Source: Lama guanicoe (lineage: Eukaryota). Taken from it: DNA of 64,000 nucleotides. The notes beneath the pieces were generated by a model. It saw only the letters and a list, made by a program, of their open reading frames with translations. It was not told where the DNA came from and did no database searches. Position numbers and translations under genes: made by a program. Position 1 is the first letter of the stretch, and every line of letters starts with the position of its first letter. The stretch covers positions 7,429,220-7,493,219 of the forward strand of contig MU054323.1 in assembly GCA_013239625.1 (NCBI GenBank), read 5' to 3'. Below, piece after piece: positions 27,201 to 39,700 of the stretch.

Positions 27201-27920
27201 TTGTTTAATTGAAGTATAGTCAGTTTACAATCCGTGGTGTGTAAGAAAGAAGATGTCACTGAATTCTGATGAGAACCGCACAGAGATCACAACACAGGAA
27301 CTAAACAAAAGGATACACAGAACCACGGCACGCTATTCAGCTTCGTAATGAAAGGTACTAACTGCAAAAGCTGTTGTTTGGTTTTCAACTTTCAGATTTA
27401 GCCCTCAATAAATCTCAGAAGACTCAGTTATGATCACAGGAGAGAAAAGAAATATTATCAGCTCTGACAATACAAAAGTAATGGCATAGATGGCAGAAAT
27501 TAGGAGGCCAAAGGAGAAGGGAAAAGTAGACAGAAGGCAATCAGTTCCTCAGTTTACATAGTGGAAGTCAAAAGAAGTTACAGAAACTTGAGGTTTAAGA
27601 ATTACATTTAAAACTACAAAGGTAACTAATTTTAAAAATGGTGATAAAATTATGAAAAGCTGAGGTGGGTTGACATGTAGAGCTATATATGAGGTTGGTC
27701 CTTTACACCACAGGAGCTGAGTAATGTCCAAAACAGATAAATCAAGAAACGGTGCTCTAAATACATTATTTAGATACGAAAGTATCCATTAGCAGATCTA
27801 AAACCCAGACAAAGCACAACGAAGGGTGGGAGGATGTGCTGCGTTTCATTGTATGTATTATTGTATTTTTTCTGTATTAATGAATTTTTAATCTATGTAT
27901 TACTTCAATAAATATGAACA
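24190..27920 (+). mobile_element. Long degenerate L1M element (ORF2 endonuclease through RT and 3' region), with small nested L1 tails
   Basis: taaatggactaaactcaccagttaa (EN start), tttgataaaatttgacatctattcatg, ttatttacaggtgatataatt (decayed LFADD), gaagacttaatactataaagatg. Numerous stops and frameshifts. Confidence 0.85.
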
Positions 27921-28715
27921 TTTTAAAAATTATTGAATGAAAGAAAAGATCAAGAACCCTAAGAGCTCGTTTAGTCAAACTACGTAGCTTGAGTAGGTAG
28001 AAGAAAAGGGATGTCTATTCCAACAGAAAAACTTCCAAACGCCTGAAAAAGACTAATGGTCAAAAACCCACTGACTTTATCCAGCAGAGTCCACTGAATA
28101 TGCTTATTTAATAGGTTTAGAGGCTGATTATTAGTTTTTGTTGTTCCTCCTCCTTATTTTCCTTCTTTCTCTATTTCTCCAGCTTTTTTGTCCCTCTCTA
28201 GCTTTCTTTTCTTTAGCATGAATATTCAACTAAAAATAAAACACTAGTTTTATTTATAGAGTATAGTCTTGTGTTTCCTAATTTTCTCTCAATACAAAAA
28301 TACCGAATTAGGTTGATTTTCATTTCCTTGTTATTTAAACTAGCTTTTAAAACCTCTATGGGCATTATTGTTGTAGAGAAGAAAAGATCTCTACTGGCTG
28401 ACTTAAGGAAGAACACACATACAACAAAAGGGAACCTTGTTAGACCCAGTACAATTAATTACTCTTCAATGTATTCATTTCCTGGTGGAGACTGCTACAG
28501 TACTCAGGCTTCAGGGCTCAGGAGCTAGGTTTCCACACAGATATTTATGGTGATTTAAAGAGCTGAAAGCTGGAAGTCTTAAGTTCCCCAAAAGTAAAGT
28601 AAAAACCAGAAGGTTAAATGCTCATGTTAGGTGATATTTGGTTTTGATCCAAAAGAATTCAGAGCAAGGTTTCCATTTCAGTATAATTCATATCCATCTC
28701 CAGGTATATACTTAC

Positions 28716-28840
28716 ACTATATTTGCAAGGTCAAGTGGTTTCTCTGGTTGCTCAGGAAAAACAGGATGCGGGGGTTCTCTGGTGGGTACACACCCCAAGG
28801 ATTTACTAATTGCATGGCTCAGCTTCTTTGCAGGGGATTT
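28716..28840 (-). CDS. DTNB: Beta-dystrobrevin internal coding exon, 125 nt (probably exon 9); not shown in the ORF track
   Basis: ttttctgccttgacacag|AAATCCCCTGCAAAG...AATATAGT|gtaagt. Phase 0 entry matches the previous exon. Translates [41 protein letters not shown](V), the dystrobrevin post-ZZ linker; ends in phase 2. Confidence 0.97.
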
Positions 28841-30029
28841 CTGTGTCAAGGCAGAAAATAAGGAAATCAGGAACGGAATTTTCAAAAGAACGAAAAAGAA
28901 TTTTTACTTAGTGACAAGAGCTGTAGAAAACATCTTTTCAGATACAAACTAAGTGGCACTACAGTCAACTTAATTGAGCCTTGCAGAAAGGAACCTGCAG
29001 TTGTTCTGAGGTCATTTGTAGCCCTTCATTTCTGTGCTCAGCTTCCTCATTTCTACTCTGCAGTCACACTATCCAGTTAGTGTTAACTTTCCTTTTGAGC
29101 ATTTCTTTGTGCTTTTTGCAGGAACCCCCTCTTTTTATGCTTCTGGATCATTCTTGGTTAAAAGTTATAGTTAATTTTGATCAGAGTCAAAAATTTTTGC
29201 TGGACTGAAATACTAAAAGGTTAAGATAATGCTGAAAGCTCATGGCTCTTGAATGTTAGCCAATTAGCTGACTAAGATACTAAGAGAGTATTCCTCAAAT
29301 AAATGTGAAACAGAACATTTTGTGTTAAGGGTCTGGCTATGTATCCAGATACAAATGTGTGTCCTCACACACGCAAGCAGTAAGCATCAGATCTGTGACT
29401 CTAAATTATGATATGCTGAAGGTACAAAAATAAGTTGGCATACTAATACATTACTCGGGAAGGGAGAACAGTACACACCAAATCCAAGACTATCAGGCCT
29501 CAGGTTTAACAATAAATATGCACAAAAGTAAACAATACGCCACCACTAAGTTATGCAGAATACGAAACCCATATTTAAAGGAAGTTCTTTATATACTTAT
29601 TTTATTGACCACCCACTTCCCTTTAAATAACGCTGTTGTCTGAGATTTCCTTGGCAGGATACTAATTGCAAAAAAGTATAAATATTTCAGTTTTCTGCCT
29701 CAGTAGTGCGTTACCATATGTACCACTCTTACTGGAAAATGGAACTTGTTTGCAGCTGTGTGTCTCATCAATAGCACATCTCCAGTTTTATATGCTGCTT
29801 ACCTGTGTATTTTAACACAAAGTAAGTAAAAGTCTGTTTACCTTTAAGACTATATAGGGAAAGTTAATTAATACCTTGCTTCTAACAGACTGAATAATAC
29901 CAACTTTTTCAGAAACTTCATATATTGGCTCCTAATCACCTACCACTATCCCCTTCAACACATTAAATTCTGGGAAAAATCTGTAAGTAATCTAATTTCC
30001 TGAAAATCATATGAAGCTAAACAAAACAG

Positions 30030-30660
30030 AAATTCTGAACTTCCCCACAACTGTTCTCCATGGTCCCTTTGCTCAGCAACCAACTGTAACGTGACCCTGA
30101 TTCTTCCTCCTTTATTCCATCTTCTACAAGACCCCAGACATCGTGTCAGTCTTCTACTTAAAATCCTTCAGAGGCTGATTACCATTTATAGACTAAGATC
30201 TAAACACATACTATCAAATTCTATCATATTCAAGAGCTTCTCTACCAGGCTCCTGCCTCCCTCCACACCCTTCTCCGCACATCAGCATAAACAAGCTGCT
30301 CAGTTAACCCAATGCACCATGCTCTCTTCGATCACTGTACCTTGGCACGTGCCTTTCCGAGGTCTCCCTTTCCCAATCTACCTCTTTGTAAGTTTTTTGC
30401 TCACCTCTGAAGACTACTTGTCTCCCTGCCTCTCTGAAGACTTTCCTCACTGTTTCGTAAGTTGGTACCCACCTTTCCACGCTACCCACTTGCCAAGTAC
30501 AAATTTTCCCTGTTGCCCGGTTCCAATACAATACTGAACTTTTAAATTTATGTGCCTATCTCTGTTAGATCTGTGCTCTTGAAGGGTAGGAGCTATACTT
30601 TATTCATCTGTGTATTTCCAGAACCTCATCTCCAACAAGAATATGTTATTTGAACAAATT
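30030..30660 (+). mobile_element. L2 3' fragment
   Basis: cttctacttaaaatccttcagaggct..., ctcttgaagggtaggagctatactttattcatctgtgtatttccagaacct...atgttatttgaacaaat. Confidence 0.6.
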
Positions 30661-33131
30661 ATTTACAGAGATGAATTTTCTAGATTGCTTTTTCCTGACT
30701 AAACCACATAAGCTTAATTTTTTGAGGGTTATGATATGAGTAGGAGACAATCAGAGGACACCAATGAATATCCTAATTCACCTTTACAACTAAACACTAC
30801 ATCTGTAACCCATGTATTCAGTTCCTGATTTTTTGCTATATCTGAGAACCACCTGGGCCACTAATTCATGCAGTCTATGTGAGATAGATTATCACACAGA
30901 CTAGTTTAGCTGCATCCTGAGTAACACCAGCCATGAAATCACAGGCCACGAAAATGTGTATTTTACAATAAACATTAAGACTGTTAAAATAAAAAATGTT
31001 TCCCCTCATACCACCTAATATTCTCCAGCAGCATGCTTGTCGTGCCTTCGAAAATACTGCTCTAAGTCAAGGTTTAAGATTAGATCCCATTTCAAGTCTC
31101 AAAAATATAGACAGGAAAATAAAATCAACACATCAAAGCTAATTCCAAACATCATGAGATGCTTGATATGTATGGGAAGGAGGAAGCGGAAAAAGACTGA
31201 AAATAAATATATACAGGAATTAACTAAGGGTTAGGATCAAACCAAAAAGGATACCCTGAAGATTTTACAGATAATGCATTCAATTAGGTTGTCTAAATAG
31301 ACAAATGATTTCCTTAAAAAGGTCTCAACGAGTGAATTAGGAGACGGGTCTGAAGTGAATTTCATTGTGGAGCCAGGTCAGGAAACTGAGATTAGTAAAG
31401 CCTGTAAGCAAGAGTTCAAAACTACTATAAATATGTACCAAGGAAGGGACATTACCTCTTCTGGCTACTCGGGCCCTAAGACAACGCCCAGGACTTGGTA
31501 GTCGGTCACTAAATATTTACGGAAGTGAAGGGAGTGGGGGAGAAAGAAAAATAATCCAGGTGTAGGGACTGGGGGCTCCCACACTTCACTGCATTTAAGC
31601 TACTAGGCCAGAGATGTTCCCTTAGGTCTTGGCACCTACGTCTCCCCTTACTTGAACCCTAACACGTATAAGGGGAGACGTGCACCTAGAAAATCAGATC
31701 TCCTCCACTCAGGCGATGATTTTCAATCTTAGCGCATTTTCAGTACTTTAATCCACTTTACCTAATTTCAAAATCTCTTATAAATATTGCAAGTTACATT
31801 TTTAAAAAATACATCAAAAAGTGGATAAAATGTGTGTGTACAGTCTAAAAAGTGACAGAACAAATACCCATTACCCACTACTATGGCTGAGAAATAGACC
31901 ATTACCGTCACTTTGAAGCCTCACTGTGGGCCCTTATCTAACACACCCCACCCCTTCCACACCTGCTCCTCTCCTGGTATTTTGTATTAATCATTTCCCC
32001 AACTTTATTATTTTAGCAATTATGTACTATAAATAATACATGATTTATTTAATATATGTGTAAAACCTATATAGACAAATATTTTTTCTGCAACTTGCTT
32101 CTTATACTCAAAATTATGTTACAGTTAATCCATGTTGATACATATAACTGTAACTCATTTTTTCCCTGCTTGACTGTACTTCATTGCTTAACTACATCAT
32201 AATTTATACAGCCATTCCAGTGCTGATGAACATTTGGGTTGTTTCCATTTTTTCCGACTCAGTCACAATAAGGCTATAAAACTTTCTTGTCCATGTCTCC
32301 TGGTGGCTATGTGAAAGAATTTCCTAAGAGTGGAATTATTGGCTCATAAGTTATACACGTTCAGTTTTACCAGGCACTGCCAACTTGTTTTTACAAAGTG
32401 GTTACACTAATTTCCACTCCCATCAGCTGTGCGAGGGACTTCCTGACTGTGTTCTGGCCAACCCTGGTTACGGTCAGACATCTAACATTTGCCAATCTGG
32501 TGGGTGATAAATGTTATTGTGGTTTGAATTTGTAATTCCCTTATTACTAGAAAGACTGAGCACCTTTTCCAATGTTCACGGGCCATTTGTGTTTCCTCGT
32601 CTGTGAAGTGCCTCTTCCTGGCTTTGGCATAGTGTTTCACTGGGCTTGTTTACTCTTACTGATTTAGTAAGAGTACTTGAAATTTTTTGTATTTTAACCC
32701 TACAAAAGTTAAATCTTATGAACAACTTATCATTTTAAGGTTTATTTTTCACTGTATTGCTTTTGATGAATAGTCATCTTTAAATATACAGTAGTCCCAA
32801 TTTAGTAATCTTTTCTTTCATATTTTGTGCCTTTTGTATCTTAAGATATATTCCCCTCCCTGAGGTCACAGAGAGATCCTCCTAGATTGTCCTCATTATT
32901 TTAATAGTCATTTAATATTGATCATTTTGATTATCAATTACCTTTATCCCATAATTTTAGAGGTTTATTTTCTCTTTAAACTTCAGACACGTATACAAGG
33001 ATATTTTTTTCTTTATGTTGTTGATTTCTAATCTTACTGTATGTGCTCAGGCAAGGCTCCATTCTGAGGAAAGGAAGAAGGAGGTGAGGGAGTGAGGCAT
33101 GTAGACATTTGGGGAATAAGCTTTGCAGGCA

Positions 33132-33229
33132 GATATATATATATATGTTTGTGTATACATATATATATACACACACACACACATACACATACATACACAC
33201 ATATACATACACACACACATATATATACA
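33132..33229. repeat. Compound (TA)n/(CA)n microsatellite
   Basis: atatatatatatatgtttgtgtatacatatatatatacacacacacacacatacacat... read directly. Confidence 0.95.
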
Positions 33230-34279
33230 CTCAGTGTTATCATGAGCAGGACAAACAGGCTCACAACTGATATCAACTCTTATAAACTATTTTTAGCATT
33301 TTAAATTCTCCATCTTTGCCCCTTCCAATGTTGTTTGCCTTGTTTTGTCTCATATTAATATTTTATACTACCTTTTTCATCCCTTAATCATCAACTGTTC
33401 GTATCCATCTCTAAAATAGCATGTGGTTTTTGTTACTTTGTTAAATTTGAGTTTTTCACATTTTTAGTAGGTAAGTTTAATTCATTTTCATTTACTTTAA
33501 TTACTGCTGTGTATGTTTAAATGTATTCCTAGCAACTTATTTTATGTTTTCTATTTTACCATGATTTTCTATTTTCCCATCTTCTATTGGATTGGTCAAA
33601 GTTGTTTTTGCTACATTTTTTTTCTAATGGTTTTGAAGTTTTATATCTAATCCTTCCAGTTGTTACTCAAACTTTTAATGCATGTTTAAAATTAAAATTA
33701 TATTTTCTTACAAGTTAGAGTTAATTACATTATATTATCCTCCTCCTGAAATCTTTAGTGTGTTTTTAATTCCCCTTTTCACTCCATCTAGCCACAAATT
33801 CCATGTTGCTATTTTTGCTGATTCAGGTTACATCTTACTAAAAATCGTCATATATTTTACAATCAGTATTTATTTAGATTTAACATTGTTTTTCTGGTTT
33901 CTCTGCTTCCTTTTTTGTCTTAAATCCCATTACTACCTCTTGCTTCATTTTTTTTTTCTTACTGCATGTATCTTTAAATAGTTCTTTCAGCAAAGGGCTT
34001 TCAAAGTTTTTAAATTCTGAAAATGTTATTGTAGTGTCCATGATGTTGAAAGGCAGCTTTGGTGAGAACAGAATTCTAAGTTCAGATTTATTTTCTCTCA
34101 GCACCTTGAAGACATTCTGCTGTTGTTTCTTAAAACCACTGATTGTCTAATGTCATTTGGATTCTTATTCTTTGGTAGATCATCCGTCTTTTCTCTCTTG
34201 TGTCTCCTAGGAATTCCTCTTCATCATTATCACTAGGACTTACGTAGGTGTTGACTTGTGTTCTTTTTAAAATGTATTC

Positions 34280-34369
34280 TTTTTTTTAAACTGTTTTTTT
34301 AATTGAAGTACAGCTGAGTTACAATGTTGTAGTTTCTGGTGTGCAGCACAGTGATTCAGTTATACGTAC
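34280..34369 (-). mobile_element. Short 5'-truncated young L1 tail with 12-bp TSD
   Basis: ttttttaattgaagtacagctgagttacaatgttgtagtttctggtgtgcagcacagtgattcag. TSD TAAAATGTATTC at 34268-34279 and 34370-34381. Confidence 0.85.
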
Positions 34370-37279
34370 TAAAATGTATTCCTCTTCAGTTAGGAGACTT
34401 TCTACCTAACAGCTCATACCTTTTCAGTTTTGGAAATTTTTAATACATGATTTCTTCAAACATTGTCTCTTGTCAATTTTCTTTACTTGCAACTCCTATT
34501 AGAGAAATACTGGAACTTCCACATGAATCTTAATGCTTTGACCTTTGTTTCATACTCTTATCTCTTGATGCTGAGTTTCAGAATTTCTCGCCCTGATCTT
34601 TCAGTTCAATAATCTGTTCTTTAGCTGTACCCACTCTGCTATGCAGCCCATCCAAATGGGTTTGTTCAACAAATACGTTTTTCATTTTCATTACTGTTTA
34701 TAGTTTCATAACCTCCACCTCTTATATTAAGCATGAAAGTCTATCCTTGGTCCTCTAAGGAAATTAAATTGACCTATTTTTAAAGTTTCTTTCTGACTGT
34801 TCTGTTCCCTAGAGTGTAGTCTTGCTGTTTGAATTTCATTGTGTTATGCTTCCTCTAGGTTTTCATGGTCATGCAACCATCTCCCACAGGACTGTTCACA
34901 TGCCATCTTAGCCAATAGTGGCCTCTTGGCTGGGGGCCTCATGCTGAATCTGTTCTGACAAAATCAGCAGAGTAGCTTCAGGGCCCCGGCAGTAGTGATG
35001 GCCTCAAATGTGCAGTGTAAGCAGCTCCTTTCTGTAACTTCTCCTTTGCTTAAAGATATCTTATGGCTTCAGGTCTAGAATATTCTTTTTCTTTCAACCT
35101 TGAAAGGGAATTTATTAATCAAACTTAATGTTCTATCATCTCTATGGGTTTGGTGCAAGAGGAAGAGAGAGTGTTTGTTCAATCATCTTGAAACTGGATC
35201 TATTACTTCTTTAAATATCATTTCCCTGCATTTTCTTTAGCCTCTTTCTAGAACTGTTATCAGATGGCACTCCACAGTCTGTCTTCCAGGCCTTAGTTTT
35301 TTTTCTCCATTACTCTATTCTTCTGTGATGGCTTAGGAATACTTCTCTGCTCTAGTATCCAGTGCACAGACCTGCTCTTAAGCTGCAGACACTATTCATC
35401 AGCCCATCTAATAAATTTCTTATTTTGACAATCAAAATGTTAATTTCCAGATCAACAGTTATCTTTGGTAGATAAAATAACTGCTCATATCTCTCCAAGA
35501 GTTCAACTACTCATATTTTACAATCTAGTTCTGCTCATCTATTAATCCTACATCCAAAATAAACTCTTCTGCTATCTCCTCTGCACGGTTGTTTCTGGTG
35601 ATTTTTAGTGAAGTGCTCATCTTCCTAGTCAAGGCTCCCTGTTAAGACATCTACTGTGTGTGCACTGCCTACTTCAAGGGGAGAAGTGGGACGTGTTTTC
35701 AGTGAGAGTGAAGGAGGGACAGAAGGTACCACCTCATGGAAAAGCTTTGTAGCTAGTCTTATGAATACGGGATCCCTATTCCCCAGGAATTCACCAAGAA
35801 CCTGGACCCCAGCTCTCTCTCTCCAGCCCAAGGTCCTATATACACTACATCTGCCCAAGACACCGCCAACACCATGCTACAGTACCAGAGTCACTCTGCC
35901 ATTTGCCCTGAGCCCCATTCAATTGCCCACATCAACTATTTCCGAGCAGGAACACTCTAGATGTTATTCCTATCCTAAGCAACAATGCTTTCCTGCCCTT
36001 GTTTACAACCAAGACTTTCTTTTGCAAACTGACTCCATCTACTTTTTGTAGGGGTTCTTCACATCTGGGACCTGCTGTGGGCTTCCCTTCTTTTCTTCCC
36101 CTCTAGTTTTCTTTCAGATCAGTTTTAAAATTCTGATCTATCATTTCTAAGCATCTGGGGCAGGATGGAAAGGTGACAGCATGTCCTCAGTCTCCCACCC
36201 TGAAATGGAATTCCTAGTTCTTATTTTGTTTATTAAAGTTTATTAAAAATTTATTTTGAAAATGCTATAATATATCTTATAAAATATTATTTTAAAAGGC
36301 TTCCGAATAACTGCTTTAGAAAGTAAAAAAATATATATATAATTGCTAAGCTCCAGTTTAACTTAATTTGTAAAGCTATAATTTTGACTGATTAATACAT
36401 GAGAGAAAAGGAATCCATATAATTTTTGTTACTCTTCCAAGATGTGAGAGTATGAGCTCTCTGACAGTTAAGAAAATGCAGCTAGGTAGAGTAATATGTA
36501 ACTAGTTCACATACAGCTTCTGAAACATACTTATAAATTACAACCTCTTAAGCCACAAAATACAAACCACTGCTATCTCAACTGATTCAACAACATCTAA
36601 GGTAGGAGCTGTGTAAAGAACAGCGGTGTGTTCCATTGAGCACCAAATAGTTTTAGCTTCCTTTCCGGGGGGGAGAAAAAAGAATACAGATTTGTTGGAA
36701 TTCAACATCAGTAGACAGCCATTCCTAGCTACGCCACAACAGCCAATAGAGTATTTATGGTTGCACACATACCAACCCTGGCGGTGGAGGGGTACCTTTA
36801 AAATACAAACAACTGCAACATTAAGCATAAATAAGTTATAACTGAAAGAGTTGCGAATGTGTGTAAGCAAAAACAGAGCTCAAGGCCAAACTTGGCTGCT
36901 AATTGAGCTATGATATCAATCTACCCTGGGTGGAAAGCGTCCCATTTTGTGGGGGGGTTGGCACTCTTCACAGTATATACGACAGGGGAAAATGCTGCAC
37001 TGAGTATTGGTTTGCCCTAAGAAATATCAGTTTGATGACATGGACAGAATTCCCTTTCTCAGTAGCCTTAGCTGGCAGTGTATATTCCCATCTTCACAAC
37101 TTGTTAAGAGTTCTGTTGCTCGATAAGAGAATCAAAAGTAAACTATTCCGTATAAATGAAGATGTGAATACACAGTAAGGCTCACACACTTTTGGTGGGA
37201 GTATGAAGTAGTAAAGCCCCCTTGGAGAGCAACTTAGCAAACTCTAAGAAATGCACAACCTCTGGACTCAGGAATTCCA

Positions 37280-37378
37280 CAGGTCTAGCTCAGCAGTAGA
37301 GAGCATGTTTAGCATGCATGAGGTCCTAGGTTCAATTTCCAGTACCTCCATTAAAAAATTTTTAATTAAAATTAAAAT
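37280..37378 (+). mobile_element. tRNA-Ala-derived SINE (vic-1-like) inside an L1ME-like 3' UTR (~37170-37760)
   Basis: tagctcagcagtagagagcatgtttagcatgcatgaggtcctaggttcaatttccagtacctccattaaaaaa. Confidence 0.85.
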
Positions 37379-37845
37379 ATACCCTAGAAAAACCAGACTG
37401 CACAAGATGACCTGTGCCAGAAAGTCCACTAAAGCTTTGTTAGGAAAATAGAAAATTAGGAACAAGTTGAATGTCAATACCAATAATAATGTGGTATATT
37501 AATAGAATTGAATTTTATATGGCACTGAAAATAACCATATAGACATGGAGATCATTTTACAAAGTGTAAGAGAATAAAAGAAGATGCAAGAGGATACATG
37601 TACTCTGATGCTCTTCTGATGAAGTTAAAAACATGAGAAATAATGCTATATATTTTAATGGTCACATGCATATGTGTAATAAAAATACAGAAACATGAAT
37701 GGAAATACTAGGCACTAAATTCAAAACAGAGGTTATCTCTTAGGAGGGAGGAAAATGGGTATATACTATGCACCTCTTTCCACATATGTACATACAGATC
37801 TATTTCACTTTTTTTGACTGTTACACAGAATTCCACAGCTACAGA

Positions 37846-37927
37846 TACATATATATACACATATATACACATATATATATATACACACATATACATATAC
37901 ACATACACATACACACACACACACACC
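37846..37927. repeat. Compound (TA)n/(CA)n microsatellite
   Basis: tacatatatatacacatatatacacatatatatatatacacacat...acacacac read directly. Confidence 0.95.
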
Positions 37928-38299
37928 ATAAATTCCATAGTTATAGTTACATATATACCATAGTTAACCATTTTGCTACTGTTGGCGATTCTGGCCATCT
38001 CCTCATACAAAAATCCTAACTAAAAAACCTATACTTGGTACAAGGGTCTTTCCTATATTGAAATAGAGAATTGCTGGGTCAAAGATTACATGCATTTAAA
38101 ATTTAATTTTTCAACTTTGTCAATTCACACTTCTATCAAGAATCTTCTAGAGTCATCTACTCCACACTCTTGCCAAAACTGAATATTATCAATCTGTCAT
38201 ATTTTTTGCAAGTTGAGTAGACATAAAATGAACATTTCCACGATCAAAAGTAGTTTAAAAACTGGAACAAGTGCAAGATGCCAACTTTACAAGTTCTTT

Positions 38300-39320
38300 A
38301 ACAAACATGGGGGTAAATGGCCTAGTAACACACTAAAGACTTATGATCTAATAGAATATACTAATGAACAGATAATTAACAGTAGCATGGTAAGTGCCTT
38401 CAAAGAGGTAACCTGAGTGCCACAGAACAGCATGAAGAGATGTAAGTCAGCTTGGGGATCAGGAGGAGAGGCAATAGCTGAGCTGACTCTCAGAGGGTAT
38501 ACAGAAGTTGGCAAGGGAAATTTGGGAGGATGGGGAGGGGAGGCAACAGAGGCAGCTAGACTAACACATTCAAAAGACATAAAAGTAAGAAAATATGGGT
38601 GAACAAGCAACTGGAAATAGTTCAATACTGTCCGAGTGCTGTCTGTGAGTGAAAGATATAAATAAAAGTTCCTGACCAAAGACATAACTGGAGACGTTTT
38701 CAAAACATTACTCCATAAGAGGAAACCAATGCGTTATAAATCATCTCTGGTTTAGAAGTGCTTCTCACATACACTGAACAGATAGTTCTCTGGCTCAAAT
38801 GCAGTAACAGACTGCATGGCAGGAAAGAATAAGGAAGAAGTGTGACGGACACTTCAGGTTTTGGCAAACAAAGGGTATAGTAAGCTAAAACAAAAAGGAG
38901 CAGAACACATGAGTACTGTGGAAATAGATTCACAGGCGGCCAGAGTCCCAGGAAAGGGAGGCTGGAGGTTAGAGAGAGCAGGAAGGTCAGAAAACCAAGG
39001 CCCACCACGTGATACTTCGTAGAGTAGTACTCTCCAGACGTGGAGCGTAACAGGAACTGGAAATGTTTATTGAGCAACCACCAGGGCAGAAAGCTCCTCA
39101 TCTGGTTATCTACTTAGAAGTCTAAGAAGACTGACTGAAAAATTATTAGAACCATGTATTGACAGAAAAGCTAGTGAGACTTCAAGATGGAAATGTCCAC
39201 AGGGCCACTGAATACAGGAGTATTAACCTGGACCAGAAGTCTGGGCTGCAATTAAGGACTGCAGGGCAGGTCACCTAAAACCTGGAACTGTGTGGAAACA
39301 CCCAGAGAGGGTGTTGCAAG
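38300..39320 (-). mobile_element. L2 fragments, degenerate
   Basis: Purine-rich L2-like sequence (gctgagctgactctcagagg, ggaaatgtccacagggccactgaatacaggag, agtctgggctgcaatt). Confidence 0.5.
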
Positions 39321-39335
39321 AGAAGAAAAGACAGC

Positions 39336-39420
39336 TCACTGAATCACAGTGTTGTACACCTAAAACTAACATAATATTGTAAATCAACTAGACTTCAACT
39401 GAGAAAAAAAAAAAAGAAGA
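39336..39420 (+). mobile_element. Short 5'-truncated young L1 tail
   Basis: actgaatcacagtgttgtacacctaaaactaacataatattgtaaatcaactagacttcaa plus poly(A); imperfect TSD ...cagctca on both sides. Confidence 0.8.
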
Positions 39421-39543
39421 ATAAGAAAGCAGCTCAGGAGAGAATGCCAGGGAACCAACATCCGGTTTATTGTAGGTAGTAATCAGAAGTTTCATAACTG
39501 GACATTCTGTAGTCGCTAAATAGAAATAAAAGGTAATGAATAT

Positions 39544-39700
39544 GGGGGGAGGGTATAGCTCAAGTGGTAGAGCATGTGCTTCGCATGCACGAGGTCCTGG
39601 GTTCAAACCCCAGTACCTCCACTAAAAATAAACAAACCTAATTACCTCCCTCCCATCAAAATAAAATAATTAAATACAACAATAAATACAATGTTTTTTT
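39544..39700 (+). mobile_element. tRNA-Ala-derived SINE (vic-1-like) with 15-bp TSD
   Basis: ggggggagggtatagctcaagtggtagagcatgtgcttcgcatgcacgaggtcctgggttcaaaccccagtacctccact plus tail aaacctaattacctccc. TSD AAAGGTAATGAATAT at 39529-39543 and 39701-39715. Confidence 0.93.

Larger units (their letters stand above)
31780..35600 (-). mobile_element. Degenerate L1ME-like pieces in the gene's sense orientation (3' UTR ~31780-32900; ORF2/ORF1 remnants ~33300-35600)
   Basis: gatgaacatttgggttgtttccattt, tggaattattggctcataag, ctaatttccactcccatcagc, tttgccaatctggtgggtg, agaattctaagttcagatttattttctctcagcaccttgaagac. Confidence 0.75.

Noticed and set aside
1..28715. Next DTNB exon (PPRPLTNMND...) and the exon preceding 55522
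   Set aside because: Looked for both by eye and did not find them; they probably lie outside the window.
29798..30000. Strong minus-strand donor CAG|gtaagc near 29801
   Set aside because: No convincing upstream acceptor; isolated donors are common in long introns.
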